Below are positions 45,561 to 54,914 of a stretch of DNA of 64,000 nucleotides, one piece after another. Source of the stretch: Acidobacteriota bacterium (GTDB taxonomy: Bacteria > Acidobacteriota > Thermoanaerobaculia > Multivoradales > UBA5704); NCBI GenBank assembly GCA_040005235.1, contig JBDTZG010000012.1, forward strand, positions 46,596 through 110,595, given 5' to 3'. The notes beneath the pieces were generated by a model. That model was not told the origin of the DNA. It saw only the letters and a program-made list of their open reading frames with translations, and searched no databases. Positions within the stretch are counted from its first letter, which is position 1. Each line of letters opens with the position of its first letter. Made by a program: the position numbers and the translations under genes.

Positions 45561-46358
45561 ATGAGCGCCCCACTCCCCCGCCGCTTCGAGCGGTATGTCG
45601 CGATCGGCGATAGCTCGACGGAAGGGTTGGACGATCCGGACGGGCGAGGCGGGTATCGCGGTTGGGCGAATCGTTTGGCGGAGCGGGTGGCGGCGGTACA
45701 GGGGTCGCTGCTCTATGCCAATCTGGGGATTCGAGGGCGGCGGACGGGGCAGATTTTGGACGGGCAGCTCGATCGGGCGGCGGCGATGCGGCCGGATCTG
45801 GTGACTTTGTTTTCCGGCACGAACGACGTGATCGCCCGGCGGTTCGATCCAGACGCGGTCGCGCGCGATGTAGAGACGATGCAGCGGAGGCTGATCGAGG
45901 GCGGGGCGACGTTGCTGACGTTCACGCTGCCGGATCTCGGGCCGGTGTTGCCGCTCGCCCGGCGGCTGGCGCCCCGAGTTCTGGCGCTCAATGCGGCGCT
46001 GCGCGAGGTCTCGGCGCGGACGGGGGCCATCCTGGTCGATTTCGCGGCGCATCCGGTGGCTTCCGACTCTCGCCTTTGGAGCGATGACCGCCTGCATGCC
46101 AATTCGCTCGGCCATGAGCGGATCGCCGCGGCACTTGCCCATGCTTTGGGGTTGCCGGGGACGGATGCGTCGTGGGCGGAGCCGCTGCCGGTTCGCCGTC
46201 CCTCAACGCTCGGCGAACGGTTTGCCGCCGAAATCGACTGGGGGCGCCGCCACCTTCTTCCTTGGGCCTGGCGGCATCTTTGGGGGCGATCTTCCGGCGA
46301 CGGGCGGACGGCGAAACGGCCGGAGTTGTCGCCGGTGGTTGCCTTGGCTCAGGAATGA
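45561..46358 (+). CDS. SGNH/GDSL hydrolase-family protein
   Basis: YVAIGDSSTEG, GWANRLA, YANLGIRG, GTND, WSDDRLHAN..GH. Confidence 0.9.
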   Translation: MSAPLPRRFERYVAIGDSSTEGLDDPDGRGGYRGWANRLAERVAAVQGSLLYANLGIRGRRTGQILDGQLDRAAAMRPDLVTLFSGTNDVIARRFDPDAVARDVETMQRRLIEGGATLLTFTLPDLGPVLPLARRLAPRVLALNAALREVSARTGAILVDFAAHPVASDSRLWSDDRLHANSLGHERIAAALAHALGLPGTDASWAEPLPVRRPSTLGERFAAEIDWGRRHLLPWAWRHLWGRSSGDGRTAKRPELSPVVALAQE

Positions 46359-46555
46359 CTTCTGGCGGGTAGGTAAAGCCTACTCCCGCGGCGGCGGGTT
46401 GGTTCACGGCGGGACCTCCCAGGGGCTGGAGTAAAAAGTCGGAGAAAAGATTCTATCGACCCGGGGAGTTGGACGGCCGCCCCCTCCCGGTTCCCGTGCG
46501 GATGTGCGCGGTCCGAAAGAGGGCGGTATTCGATTTTTGAAAAGTTCGATCGCTT

Positions 46556-47404
46556 TCAGTGAACGGCCATCGGTAACAGCTCGAGAACGGGAGAGGTCGG
46601 CAGCGGGAAAGCAGCGAAAGCTTCGCGGGCCGCGGGCAAAGCGCGAAGACCGCCCGGCAGCGACGTGGGCGAGCCCTGGATCAGCAGCCCGACCTGTTTC
46701 ATCTCGCCGAGCAGGTTGCCCCAGACACCCGGGCCGGCTGGGTCCCAGCGCAGCCGCTCGTAGGCCGAGTGGGACAGGTGGCCGTAGCGGGCGTTGGGAT
46801 CGAAGCTGACCCCGAGCGGGCAGGGTTCCAGTCGCGGCTGGATCCAGGTCATCTCGTGGAACGCTTCGAGCGGGTTCAAGACCATGTCCTTCATCGCGGC
46901 GAAGAAGCGGTGCAGCTCACGCAGCTGCCCTTCGTTGGACAGGCCGAAGACGGGCCACTCGGTGGGCCGCTTTTCGAGCAGCTCCCGCATCCGGCGGGTG
47001 CCGCCCAGCTCGTCGTACGGATCGCTCGCCTCGATCAGCACGTCGCGGAACCGGGTATCGACGGCCGCCAAGCCCACGGCGCAGCACATCTGGAAGTCGT
47101 GCGCCGTGACCGCATTCATGCCACCCGAGGGCCAGAGCCGGCGCACGGCCGCGAATTTCTCGTCGCAGATCGGATCGTCCACCTCGACCACCGGCCCCGA
47201 GAAATCGTCGAACCGCGTCCGCGTGATCATCTCGTGCAGCACCATGATCTCGTAGCGGCTCAAAGGCAGCCCGTCGCCCATGAGTTTCGCCCGGAGATCC
47301 CCCAGCTCCTCGAAGCTCCGCCGCCCCGCCGCCAACTCCCAGCACTCCTGATGGTACTTCTGATTCAAAAGCAGGTAACCCAATGCACCCCAGAGTCCTT
47401 TCAT
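46556..47404 (-). CDS. Hypothetical protein downstream of the Ser/Thr kinase
   Basis: GGAGG RBS before the ATG at 47404; 282-aa ORF; no family recognised. Confidence 0.7.
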   Translation of the reverse strand: MKGLWGALGYLLLNQKYHQECWELAAGRRSFEELGDLRAKLMGDGLPLSRYEIMVLHEMITRTRFDDFSGPVVEVDDPICDEKFAAVRRLWPSGGMNAVTAHDFQMCCAVGLAAVDTRFRDVLIEASDPYDELGGTRRMRELLEKRPTEWPVFGLSNEGQLRELHRFFAAMKDMVLNPLEAFHEMTWIQPRLEPCPLGVSFDPNARYGHLSHSAYERLRWDPAGPGVWGNLLGEMKQVGLLIQGSPTSLPGGLRALPAAREAFAAFPLPTSPVLELLPMAVH

Positions 47405-47511
47405 GACGACCTCCAAAAGATCCCGGTCAGCTCGATCGCCGTCGGTTCTATCTGGAGAGACGGGGGTGGATGGAATTTTCCGGGGGAAAAGGGAAAGAAG
47501 TCGAAAAGAGG

Positions 47512-49929
47512 TCACTTCTTTCTGCAAGAAGCTTCCGACGCGACCGCCTCATTCCAAATCGTCCACGGCGTGTAGAAGTCATCCACGATCAGCCCGCGTC
47601 GAGAGACCACATCATTCAGATATGGGAGAGCTAGATCGCAGCGTTTCTGGCCGAGGTAAACGCGGGCCAAGGATAGGGAATTCTGAGGGTCATCGCGCTC
47701 TTTTCTGGCTTCAGTGATCACCTTGATTGCCTCCTCAAAATTCCCGCGACGCCAAGCGAGCTCACCTTTCAACTGTAGGTCGAAACTTCGGCTCAGCGAA
47801 GTTGTGTACTTCCCTGCAAGCTGGCTGACGATTTTGGAAAATCTAACGGCGAGAGGAATGTCGTTGACCGAGTATGCGATCAAAGCCGCATTGCGAAACA
47901 ATTTGAGATTGGTCGGGATCTTTTCTTGCTCTAATATCGGCTGGAGAGCAAGTGATGCCTGGCGAAAATCTCCGGCGATAGCGAAGCACTTTGCAAATAG
48001 AATCTTGCGGATCGCCTCATTTCGGTCGAAGCCTTCCTGGAAGTCAAGACTTGATGATTTGACTAAAACTTCCTTCGCCTCGTCGACCTTGAATCGAAAC
48101 ATTAGTGCCTGTGCCCAAAGGAGCTGGCCATTGCTCTCGTCCTCGGAGTCATTATGCTGCGTGGCCAATGACCTAAATTCATTTTCGCCCGTTGCTTCGT
48201 CACCTGCCGCGATCGCAACCGGTCCTGCAACCCAAGGGAGGTATTTATGTGCAGGGAAGCGGCGGCGAAATTTCCCCACTTCTACCTTGGCATCCGGGTA
48301 CCGCCCCGCCGCCGAAAGTGTCAACGCTAGCTCCCCTGCTCCAACAGGGTCGTCGATGTTCCCCAGTTCCCTCGCGGCCGGGAGGCCTTGGTCTGGCTGT
48401 GCAAGATTTCTATAGAGTCCGACAATCTCTTGCAATATTCTTTCGTCTTTACCGAGTTTCTCAACCTTCTCAAAATTATCTAATGCGCCCTTGTAGTCCA
48501 TGAGCTGAATCGCCAATCGACCCTTAACTTCAAGGCAGCTGGGAAGTGAAAACTCCCCGCAAAGGGAGTCCGCTTCCTTCGCGATCGTCAGAGCTGCACT
48601 GTACCGTCCAAGGCCTGACTGATACGATATTAATTTCAAGTAGACTGTTGCGTTCTTCGGATCAATCTTCTTCGCTTCATTCAACTCATTGATCGCCGCT
48701 TGCAGATGGCCTTCTTTATGCAAGACAGCTGCTTTATCTAGATGCTCTAGTGCCTCCCTTCGGCGCAGTTCGCGAGCGACATACATCCCTACGGCAAAAA
48801 TGAACACCGCACCAGCCACTATAAAGGCTTGGCGCATTCTCTTTCTCCGAAGCGGGCGCTCCCCCAGAAACCGCCGCAGCTCCTTCTCCATCCCCGCCTC
48901 GTCCCCCCGCTTCTCCAGATCACGATCCAATACCCGCTCGAGCGCAGCGACGAAGGACCCGGGCAGATCCTTCCGCAGCTCCTTCAACCAACGCCGCTTC
49001 CTTCCTTGATGGGCAGCCTTTAACTCGTCGAACGAGTTTCCCGTAATGGGAAACTCACCGGTCACCAAATGGAACAGCAAAACCCCAAGGGCATACAGGT
49101 CGGAAGCCGGAGAAGGCAGTTTTCCCTCGAACAGCTCTGGAGCGAGATAGAGGGGAGTTCCTGAAAGCGAAGGTTCCTCTGTATGGAGGACTGTCGCGTC
49201 ACGGCCCACTCCGAAGTCGGTGAGGACGATCCGGCCGTCATTCTCGCGCACTACGTTCTGCGCTTTGACGTCGCGATGGACGATCCCCTGCGCGTGAACT
49301 GCCGCGAGGGCGCGGCAGAGGGCAATACCGATCTCGGCGGCTTCTCTGGGATCGAAGAGGCCTTTCTCTTGGAGGATCTCTGCGAGGTTCTTACCCTCCA
49401 GGAACTCCATCCAGAACCCGACCCGGCCGTCGGCTCCGGCCGCGCCGTGGACCGTCGCTACGTTCGGGTGCCGGACTTTGGCGAGCAGGCGCCCTTCGCG
49501 CAGAGTTTCGGCTTCGCGCTCGGGCGTCTTCGCCGAGGCGCGGATGAGCTTTAGGGCGACGATTCGGTCGAGCCGCGGCTCGCGCGCCTTGTAGACGTCT
49601 CCGAAGGAACCGCGGCCTACGCGTTCTATGATTTCCAGCTCGCCCCAGTGGGTCGGGATCTCGTCGTCCGGCTCCTCGTCTTCGTCCAAATTGCCCGTGA
49701 TGCCTCCTTCGGCGAGCCAGGTGCGGTGGAACGTGGCGACTTCCGAGATCGCGGCCAGCGCGCGGACCTGTTCCCTCTCTGCCTCGCTGCCGGCGGAGAA
49801 CTCGGCCTGGCGCCAGTCGACCGTCTCTCCCCTGGCGAGCGCTTCGACCAGTGCGGCCAGGCGAGGATCGTCTAGATCTTCCGATTCGTCGGGTTCGCCG
49901 CCTGCGGGATCGTCGAGGGAACGACTCAC
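47512..49929 (-). CDS. Membrane Hanks-type Ser/Thr kinase with extracytoplasmic TPR region
   Basis: GRGSFGDVY, VALK, HRDVKAQN, LTDFG, GTPLYLAPE, DLYALG; TM segment AFIVAGAVFIFAVGMYVA; TPR-like helices; GTGA overlap with the sigma gene. Confidence 0.93.
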   Translation of the reverse strand: MSRSLDDPAGGEPDESEDLDDPRLAALVEALARGETVDWRQAEFSAGSEAEREQVRALAAISEVATFHRTWLAEGGITGNLDEDEEPDDEIPTHWGELEIIERVGRGSFGDVYKAREPRLDRIVALKLIRASAKTPEREAETLREGRLLAKVRHPNVATVHGAAGADGRVGFWMEFLEGKNLAEILQEKGLFDPREAAEIGIALCRALAAVHAQGIVHRDVKAQNVVRENDGRIVLTDFGVGRDATVLHTEEPSLSGTPLYLAPELFEGKLPSPASDLYALGVLLFHLVTGEFPITGNSFDELKAAHQGRKRRWLKELRKDLPGSFVAALERVLDRDLEKRGDEAGMEKELRRFLGERPLRRKRMRQAFIVAGAVFIFAVGMYVARELRRREALEHLDKAAVLHKEGHLQAAINELNEAKKIDPKNATVYLKLISYQSGLGRYSAALTIAKEADSLCGEFSLPSCLEVKGRLAIQLMDYKGALDNFEKVEKLGKDERILQEIVGLYRNLAQPDQGLPAARELGNIDDPVGAGELALTLSAAGRYPDAKVEVGKFRRRFPAHKYLPWVAGPVAIAAGDEATGENEFRSLATQHNDSEDESNGQLLWAQALMFRFKVDEAKEVLVKSSSLDFQEGFDRNEAIRKILFAKCFAIAGDFRQASLALQPILEQEKIPTNLKLFRNAALIAYSVNDIPLAVRFSKIVSQLAGKYTTSLSRSFDLQLKGELAWRRGNFEEAIKVITEARKERDDPQNSLSLARVYLGQKRCDLALPYLNDVVSRRGLIVDDFYTPWTIWNEAVASEASCRKK

Positions 49930-50489
49930 CTGACCATCTTCGCGACCAGACGCTTGATCGCGCGTTCATAGGCGACGCGAGCCGCGTCCGGACTGGGCTT
50001 GGCGAATAGGAGCGCCACGTCACCGTACGGCAGATCGAGATCGAGCCGGGCATTGAGCAGCGCCTGATCCTCGTCGCTCAGCCTGGATCGCGCGGTGATC
50101 ACCCGGTCCAGTTTCTCTTTCTCGATGGCTTCTTCCATCGGGGAGAGGCCTTGCGCAGCGAGGCTCGTCGCGGTTTCCCCCTCAACCGGCTGGCGGCTCG
50201 CGTGGCGATACTGGTCGATCAGCTCGTGCTTGAGCGCCGTGAACAAATTGACGCCGAACGCACCGCTGTGCTTCGGATCGAAAACATCGGCTCGGCGGAT
50301 CGTCCGGGCCAGGACGTTTTGCACCACGTCTTCGGTCTCGACCAGGCTGCGAAGGCGTCGCGGCAGCTTGCCATGCGCGTAACGACATAGGCGCTCGCGG
50401 AGCTTTTTCCAGAGCTTCTCGCGCGCTTCCATGTCGCCGTCCCTAGCCCGCAAAAACAGACCTCGCGTCGAATCCATGGGCGAAGACAT
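49926..50489 (-). CDS. ECF sigma factor coupled to the Ser/Thr kinase
   Basis: RARDGDMEARE..., VETEDVVQ region 2, ELIDQYR, LSDEDQ...YGDVA...AARVAYERA region 4. Confidence 0.88.
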   Translation of the reverse strand: MSSPMDSTRGLFLRARDGDMEAREKLWKKLRERLCRYAHGKLPRRLRSLVETEDVVQNVLARTIRRADVFDPKHSGAFGVNLFTALKHELIDQYRHASRQPVEGETATSLAAQGLSPMEEAIEKEKLDRVITARSRLSDEDQALLNARLDLDLPYGDVALLFAKPSPDAARVAYERAIKRLVAKMVR

Positions 50490-50857
50490 TGGCTTCCCGC
50501 TCCCGTTCTTCGGCTCTAGTCCTGGTGTAGGAGGCCGATGATAGTCCGCTCCGCAGGTCCTAACAATCGCTGATTCTGCATATCCAACTTCCGCTTCTCT
50601 CGCGGATACACCAAACACTTACGGAACCCTCTCCATTTTTTAGACACACCCGGAGGTAATCCCCTTAGAGAGTGTCGGGACCGGACCGCAATCTCGCAGC
50701 AAATCGGGCGGCCGATCCTGGTGGGTGTACGGGATTTCGGCTTTTTTGTTTGAACCCTGTTCGGTTTCGCGTTCGCCGTCGTTGATCCCTAGTGAACGCC
50801 TGATCAGAGCCCGGTCGGGCATTCGACCGCGGGGCCCTTCACCCCGGGAGGATTGAG

Positions 50858-51667
50858 ATGATTGCCATCGACCCCCAGAGCGGTACCGGACGTGCGATGT
50901 TCGAGGAGCAGTACGAGCTGATCCACAAGACGATCTACGGAGTCGCGCGGCGGAAGCGGCTCGACTCGGAGAGCGTCGAAGAGTTCTCGGGCTTCGCGTT
51001 CGTCAAGATCCTCGACGACGACGCGGCGGTCCTGCGGAACTTCGAGGGGCGCAGCACGCTCAAGACCTACCTGGTCACCGTGGTCCAGCGGCTCTACCTG
51101 GATTTCCAGATCCACCGCTACGGCAAGTGGCGGCCCTCCCGCCGGGCTCTGCGGCTGGGTCCCCTCGCGATCGAGCTCGACCGGCTGCTCCATCGTGACG
51201 GCAAATCGCTTTTCGAAGCGGCGGACTGGCTGCGCGAGCGGGGCTTCGGCGAACATTCCCGCGAGAGCCTCTCGGCGCTCGCCCGCCTGATGCCAAACCA
51301 GCGTCGTCGGCCGCGGCTGGAGCAGCTCGACCGGGCGGAAGAGGTGGCGTGCGACGGCGGCGTCGAAGAGCGGCTGCTCGCGCGGGATCGCCAACGGGCG
51401 GCGGCCCGGATCGGCGCCGCTCTCTCCCAGGCGCTCGCCGCCCTGCCGGCCGAGGATCGCACGCTGCTCCGCCTGCGTTTCGAAGAGGAGCTGACCGTGC
51501 GGGCGATCGCCACGCGATTCGGGGTCGAGGCGCGCCAGCTCTACAGCCGCTTCGAGCGCCTGATCGTGAGCCTGCGCCGCACCCTCGAAGCGGCCGGAAT
51601 CGGTAAGGAAGCAGCGGCCCCGCTGTTTGAAGCCTGGGGGCTGGATTTGGAGCTGGCGCTCGGGTAA
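50858..51667 (+). CDS. Sigma-70 family (ECF-like) sigma factor
   Basis: LRNFEGRSTLKTYLVTVV..LYLD, GKWRPS insert, LPAEDRTLLRLRFEEELTVRAIA. Confidence 0.85.
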   Translation: MIAIDPQSGTGRAMFEEQYELIHKTIYGVARRKRLDSESVEEFSGFAFVKILDDDAAVLRNFEGRSTLKTYLVTVVQRLYLDFQIHRYGKWRPSRRALRLGPLAIELDRLLHRDGKSLFEAADWLRERGFGEHSRESLSALARLMPNQRRRPRLEQLDRAEEVACDGGVEERLLARDRQRAAARIGAALSQALAALPAEDRTLLRLRFEEELTVRAIATRFGVEARQLYSRFERLIVSLRRTLEAAGIGKEAAAPLFEAWGLDLELALG

Positions 51668-51688
51668 GGCAGTTAAACTCGGCGCTCC

Positions 51689-52921
51689 ATGGCAGAGCTG
51701 CCGATCGTCGTCGTAGGGGCCGGAGCGGCCGGGTTGGTGGCGGCGATCTTCGCGGCGCGCTCGGGGCGCCGGCCGGTGCTGCTGCTCGAAGGGACTCCGG
51801 ACGGCGGCCGGAAGATTCTGGTTTCGGGCGGCGGACGGTGCAACGTGCTTCCCTCCGAGCTGGCGCCCGAGCGGTTCGTCACCGATTCCTCCCCCAACAC
51901 GCTACGGAAAATGTTGCGAGCTTGGCCGGTGGCCCAACAGCGGGAGTTCTTCGAGCGGGAGGTCGGCATACCGCTGGCGCTCGAAGCCGAGAGCGGCAAG
52001 CTGTTCCCCGTCTCGAACCGCGCTCGCGACGTGCGCGACGGCCTGGTGGCACTGGCCCGGCGGAGCGGGGTCGAGCTGCGCACGGGCTCGCGGGTCGCCG
52101 ATCTCGAACCGGACGGCCAGGGCGCTTGGAAGATCCGGCTCGCGGCCGGCGATTCGATCGATGCCGCAGCCGTCGTGCTCGCGACCGGCGGGCTTTCTCT
52201 TCCGGGAACCGGCAGCGACGGCTTGGGGCTCGCGATCGCCGAAAGACTCGGATTGCGAGTGATTCCGACCTATCCGGCGCTCGCCCCGCTCACCGGCGAG
52301 GGGCATGCCGGGCTCGCGGGCGTTTCCCTGCGGGTGAGGATCGACGCGCCGGGCACCGGCCGGCAGGCGGAGGGGGGATTTCTGTTCACCCACCGGGGAT
52401 GGAGCGGTCCGGCGGTACTGGATCTCTCGGACGTGGTGTCGCGGCGGGAAGAGACCGAACAGAACAAGGCGTCGGGGCTACGGGTGCGCTGGTGCCCGCT
52501 CGACGAGGGGGGTTGGGAGGTCGCTATTCGGTCCGGACCGGGGACGCCTCTAGGAGCTTTGCGCCGCCATCTGCCGGAGAGGCTGGCGGAGCAACTGCTC
52601 GCCGAATCGGCGGTCGATCCGGGGATCTCTCTCGCCCAGCTGCCGCGCGAGGCGCGCAAGCGGCTGATCGCCAACCTGGTCCGCTATCCCCTGCCGGCGA
52701 CCGGCGACGAGGGGTATAAGAAGGCGGAGGTCACCGGCGGCGGTGTCGAGCTTTCGGAAGTCGATCCGCGCACGATGGAGTGCCGGCGCCTTCCCGGTCT
52801 GTTCCTCTGCGGCGAGATCCTCGACGCCTTCGGCCCGATCGGCGGCCACAACTTCGCCTGGGCCTGGGCGACCGGCCGGGCGGCGGGGATTGGCACGGCA
52901 AGCGCTATTCTCTCCTCCTAG
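51689..52921 (+). CDS. HI0933/BaiN/YhiN-family flavoprotein oxidoreductase
   Basis: GAGAAG, GRKILVSGGGRCN, GKLFP, ATGG.S.PGTGSDG, FTHRGWSGPA, AEVTGGGV, GEILD..GPIGG.N. Confidence 0.92.
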   Translation: MAELPIVVVGAGAAGLVAAIFAARSGRRPVLLLEGTPDGGRKILVSGGGRCNVLPSELAPERFVTDSSPNTLRKMLRAWPVAQQREFFEREVGIPLALEAESGKLFPVSNRARDVRDGLVALARRSGVELRTGSRVADLEPDGQGAWKIRLAAGDSIDAAAVVLATGGLSLPGTGSDGLGLAIAERLGLRVIPTYPALAPLTGEGHAGLAGVSLRVRIDAPGTGRQAEGGFLFTHRGWSGPAVLDLSDVVSRREETEQNKASGLRVRWCPLDEGGWEVAIRSGPGTPLGALRRHLPERLAEQLLAESAVDPGISLAQLPREARKRLIANLVRYPLPATGDEGYKKAEVTGGGVELSEVDPRTMECRRLPGLFLCGEILDAFGPIGGHNFAWAWATGRAAGIGTASAILSS

Positions 52922-52949
52922 CGCAACGCTTTTCGGGAGGAGCTTCAGG

Positions 52950-54839
52950 ATGATCCGCAGGACCCGGACTCGATCGGTCACCGCCGTTTCCGTCATCACC
53001 CCCCTCGTCGTTCTGGCCTTGATCCTCAGCAACGTTCTTCCGGCTCGCGCGCGGACGCAGAAACCGCCGCTCCATGCCGCCCATTGGCTTGCGATCACCG
53101 GGAAACCCCTGGCCGCCACGGCCGGGTCGATGATGTTCCAAAAAGGCGGCAACGCGGTCGATGCCGCGGCCGCCATGCTCGCCGCGGCCTGCACCATGTG
53201 GGACACGCTCAGCTGGGGAGGCGAGACCCAGGCGCTGATCTACAACCCGAAGACCGGGCAGGTGATCGCCTTGAACGCGCTGGGCGTCGCCCCGACGGGA
53301 GCGACCCCGGAGTTCTTTCGCGGGCAAAAGCTGCGCTACCCGCCCGAGTATGGGCCGCTCGCGGCGGTGACCCCAGGCACCCCCGGCGGGTTGATCACCA
53401 TGCTTGCCGAGTGGGGCCGCCTGTCGCTCGCCGACGTGCTCGCTCCGGCGATTCAGATGGCGGACGGATTCCCGATCGAGGCGCAGCTCGCCGATACGAT
53501 CGCGCGCCAGCAAGAGCGGCTGTCCGGCTGGCCGTTCTCGAAAGCGGTCTTTCTTCCTCACTCCGATCGGGCGCGCCAGGCGCCGGACGCGGGCGAGATG
53601 TTCCGCCAGCCCGACCTCGCGCGCACGCTGCGCCGGCTGGTCGAAGCGGAGGCGAAGGCGAAAGCGGCGGGCAAGAACCGGCACGACGCGATCCTCGCCG
53701 CCTACGACCTGTTCTACAAGGGCGACCTCGCCCGCGAGCTGGTGGCGGGGGCGCGAGGAGAAGGCGCCCTGTTTACCGAGCCCGATCTCGCGAACTGGAA
53801 GGTGAAGATCGAAAAGCCGGTCTCGGTCGATTACAAGGGGATCGAGGTCTACAAGCTGGACACCTGGACCCAAGGGCCGGCGATGCTTCAGGCGCTCAAC
53901 CTGCTCGAAGGGATGGACTTGAAAGGGATGGGCTACAACAGCTCCCGCTACATCCACACCGTCACCCAGGCGATGCACATGGCGTTTGCCGATCGCGATT
54001 TCTATTACGGCGACCCGGCGTACGCTCCGGAGGAGCCGCTGGCCGGCCTGCTCTCCAAAGCGTACGCCAAGGAACGCCTGCGCCAATTCGATCCGGCGAA
54101 GAACCCGCCCGATCTCGGCCCCGGCGATCCGTTTCCGTTCCAGGGGGGCACGAACCCGTTCCCCGAACTGTTGAAGACCTGGGTCGCCAAAGGGGCCGCG
54201 GGGCCGAACCAGCCCGGCTGGCAGGTGTCGTCGCTCTCGACCGAGGAGGCGTTCCATGCCGGAACGACCTCGGTCCTCGCCTCCGACGCCGAAGGGTGGG
54301 TGGTCTCGATGACGCCGTCGGGCGGCTGGGTTCCGGCGGTGATCGCGGGGCACACCGGCATCGGCCTGTCGCAGCGGATGCAGAGCTTCGTCACCGCGCC
54401 GGAGGACGGCCCCTATAACGTCGTTGCGCCCGGCAAGCGCCCGCGGGTGACGCTCACGCCGACGCTCGCCATGAAGGACGGCAAGCCGTTTCTCGCCTTC
54501 GCGGTCCAGGGGGGCGACAGCCAGGATCAGAACCTGCTGCAGTTTTTCCTGAACGTGGTCGAGTTCGGCATGACCGTCCAGGAGTCGACCGAGGCGGCGA
54601 ACTGGAACACCTACCAGATGCGCAGCTCGTTCGGCGACCACAAGATCGAGCCCGGGCGGCTGACGCTCGCCGACGCGGTCTCGCCCTGGGTGCGCGATCA
54701 GCTGCGGCAGATGGGCTACAAGCTCGATTTCGAGGAGCGGACCTCCGGGCCGATCAACGCGATCGAGATCGACGCCGCCCACGGCACAATGTGGGGCGGC
54801 TCGTCGAACCACGGCGAAGATTACGGCATCGCTTGGTAG
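52950..54839 (+). CDS. ggt: Gamma-glutamyltransferase-family protein (secreted)
   Basis: GGNAVDAA, GGETQALI, QPDLARTL, FYKG, ADRD, GTTS (nucleophilic Thr), PGKRPR.TLTP, GGD.Q.Q. Confidence 0.9.
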   Translation: MIRRTRTRSVTAVSVITPLVVLALILSNVLPARARTQKPPLHAAHWLAITGKPLAATAGSMMFQKGGNAVDAAAAMLAAACTMWDTLSWGGETQALIYNPKTGQVIALNALGVAPTGATPEFFRGQKLRYPPEYGPLAAVTPGTPGGLITMLAEWGRLSLADVLAPAIQMADGFPIEAQLADTIARQQERLSGWPFSKAVFLPHSDRARQAPDAGEMFRQPDLARTLRRLVEAEAKAKAAGKNRHDAILAAYDLFYKGDLARELVAGARGEGALFTEPDLANWKVKIEKPVSVDYKGIEVYKLDTWTQGPAMLQALNLLEGMDLKGMGYNSSRYIHTVTQAMHMAFADRDFYYGDPAYAPEEPLAGLLSKAYAKERLRQFDPAKNPPDLGPGDPFPFQGGTNPFPELLKTWVAKGAAGPNQPGWQVSSLSTEEAFHAGTTSVLASDAEGWVVSMTPSGGWVPAVIAGHTGIGLSQRMQSFVTAPEDGPYNVVAPGKRPRVTLTPTLAMKDGKPFLAFAVQGGDSQDQNLLQFFLNVVEFGMTVQESTEAANWNTYQMRSSFGDHKIEPGRLTLADAVSPWVRDQLRQMGYKLDFEERTSGPINAIEIDAAHGTMWGGSSNHGEDYGIAW

Positions 54840-54851
54840 CCCACTCTCCCC

Positions 54852-54883
54852 AAAGAAAAGAGGCGGGCCTTCCGGCCCGCCTC
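54852..54883 (-). terminator. Rho-independent terminator (possibly bidirectional)
   Basis: GAGGCGGGCC-TTCC-GGCCCGCCTC hairpin, followed on the minus strand by TTTTCTTT; lies between convergent genes. Confidence 0.8.
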
Positions 54884-54914
54884 CCGTTTCAACTCCGCTT
54901 TGACGTAAAGCGCC

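Noticed and set aside
52891-52906. Sigma54-like TGGCACGGCAAGCGCT upstream of ggt
   Set aside because: The spacing is GG-N10-GC, but the -12 element lacks TT and the site lies inside the upstream CDS; too weak to call.
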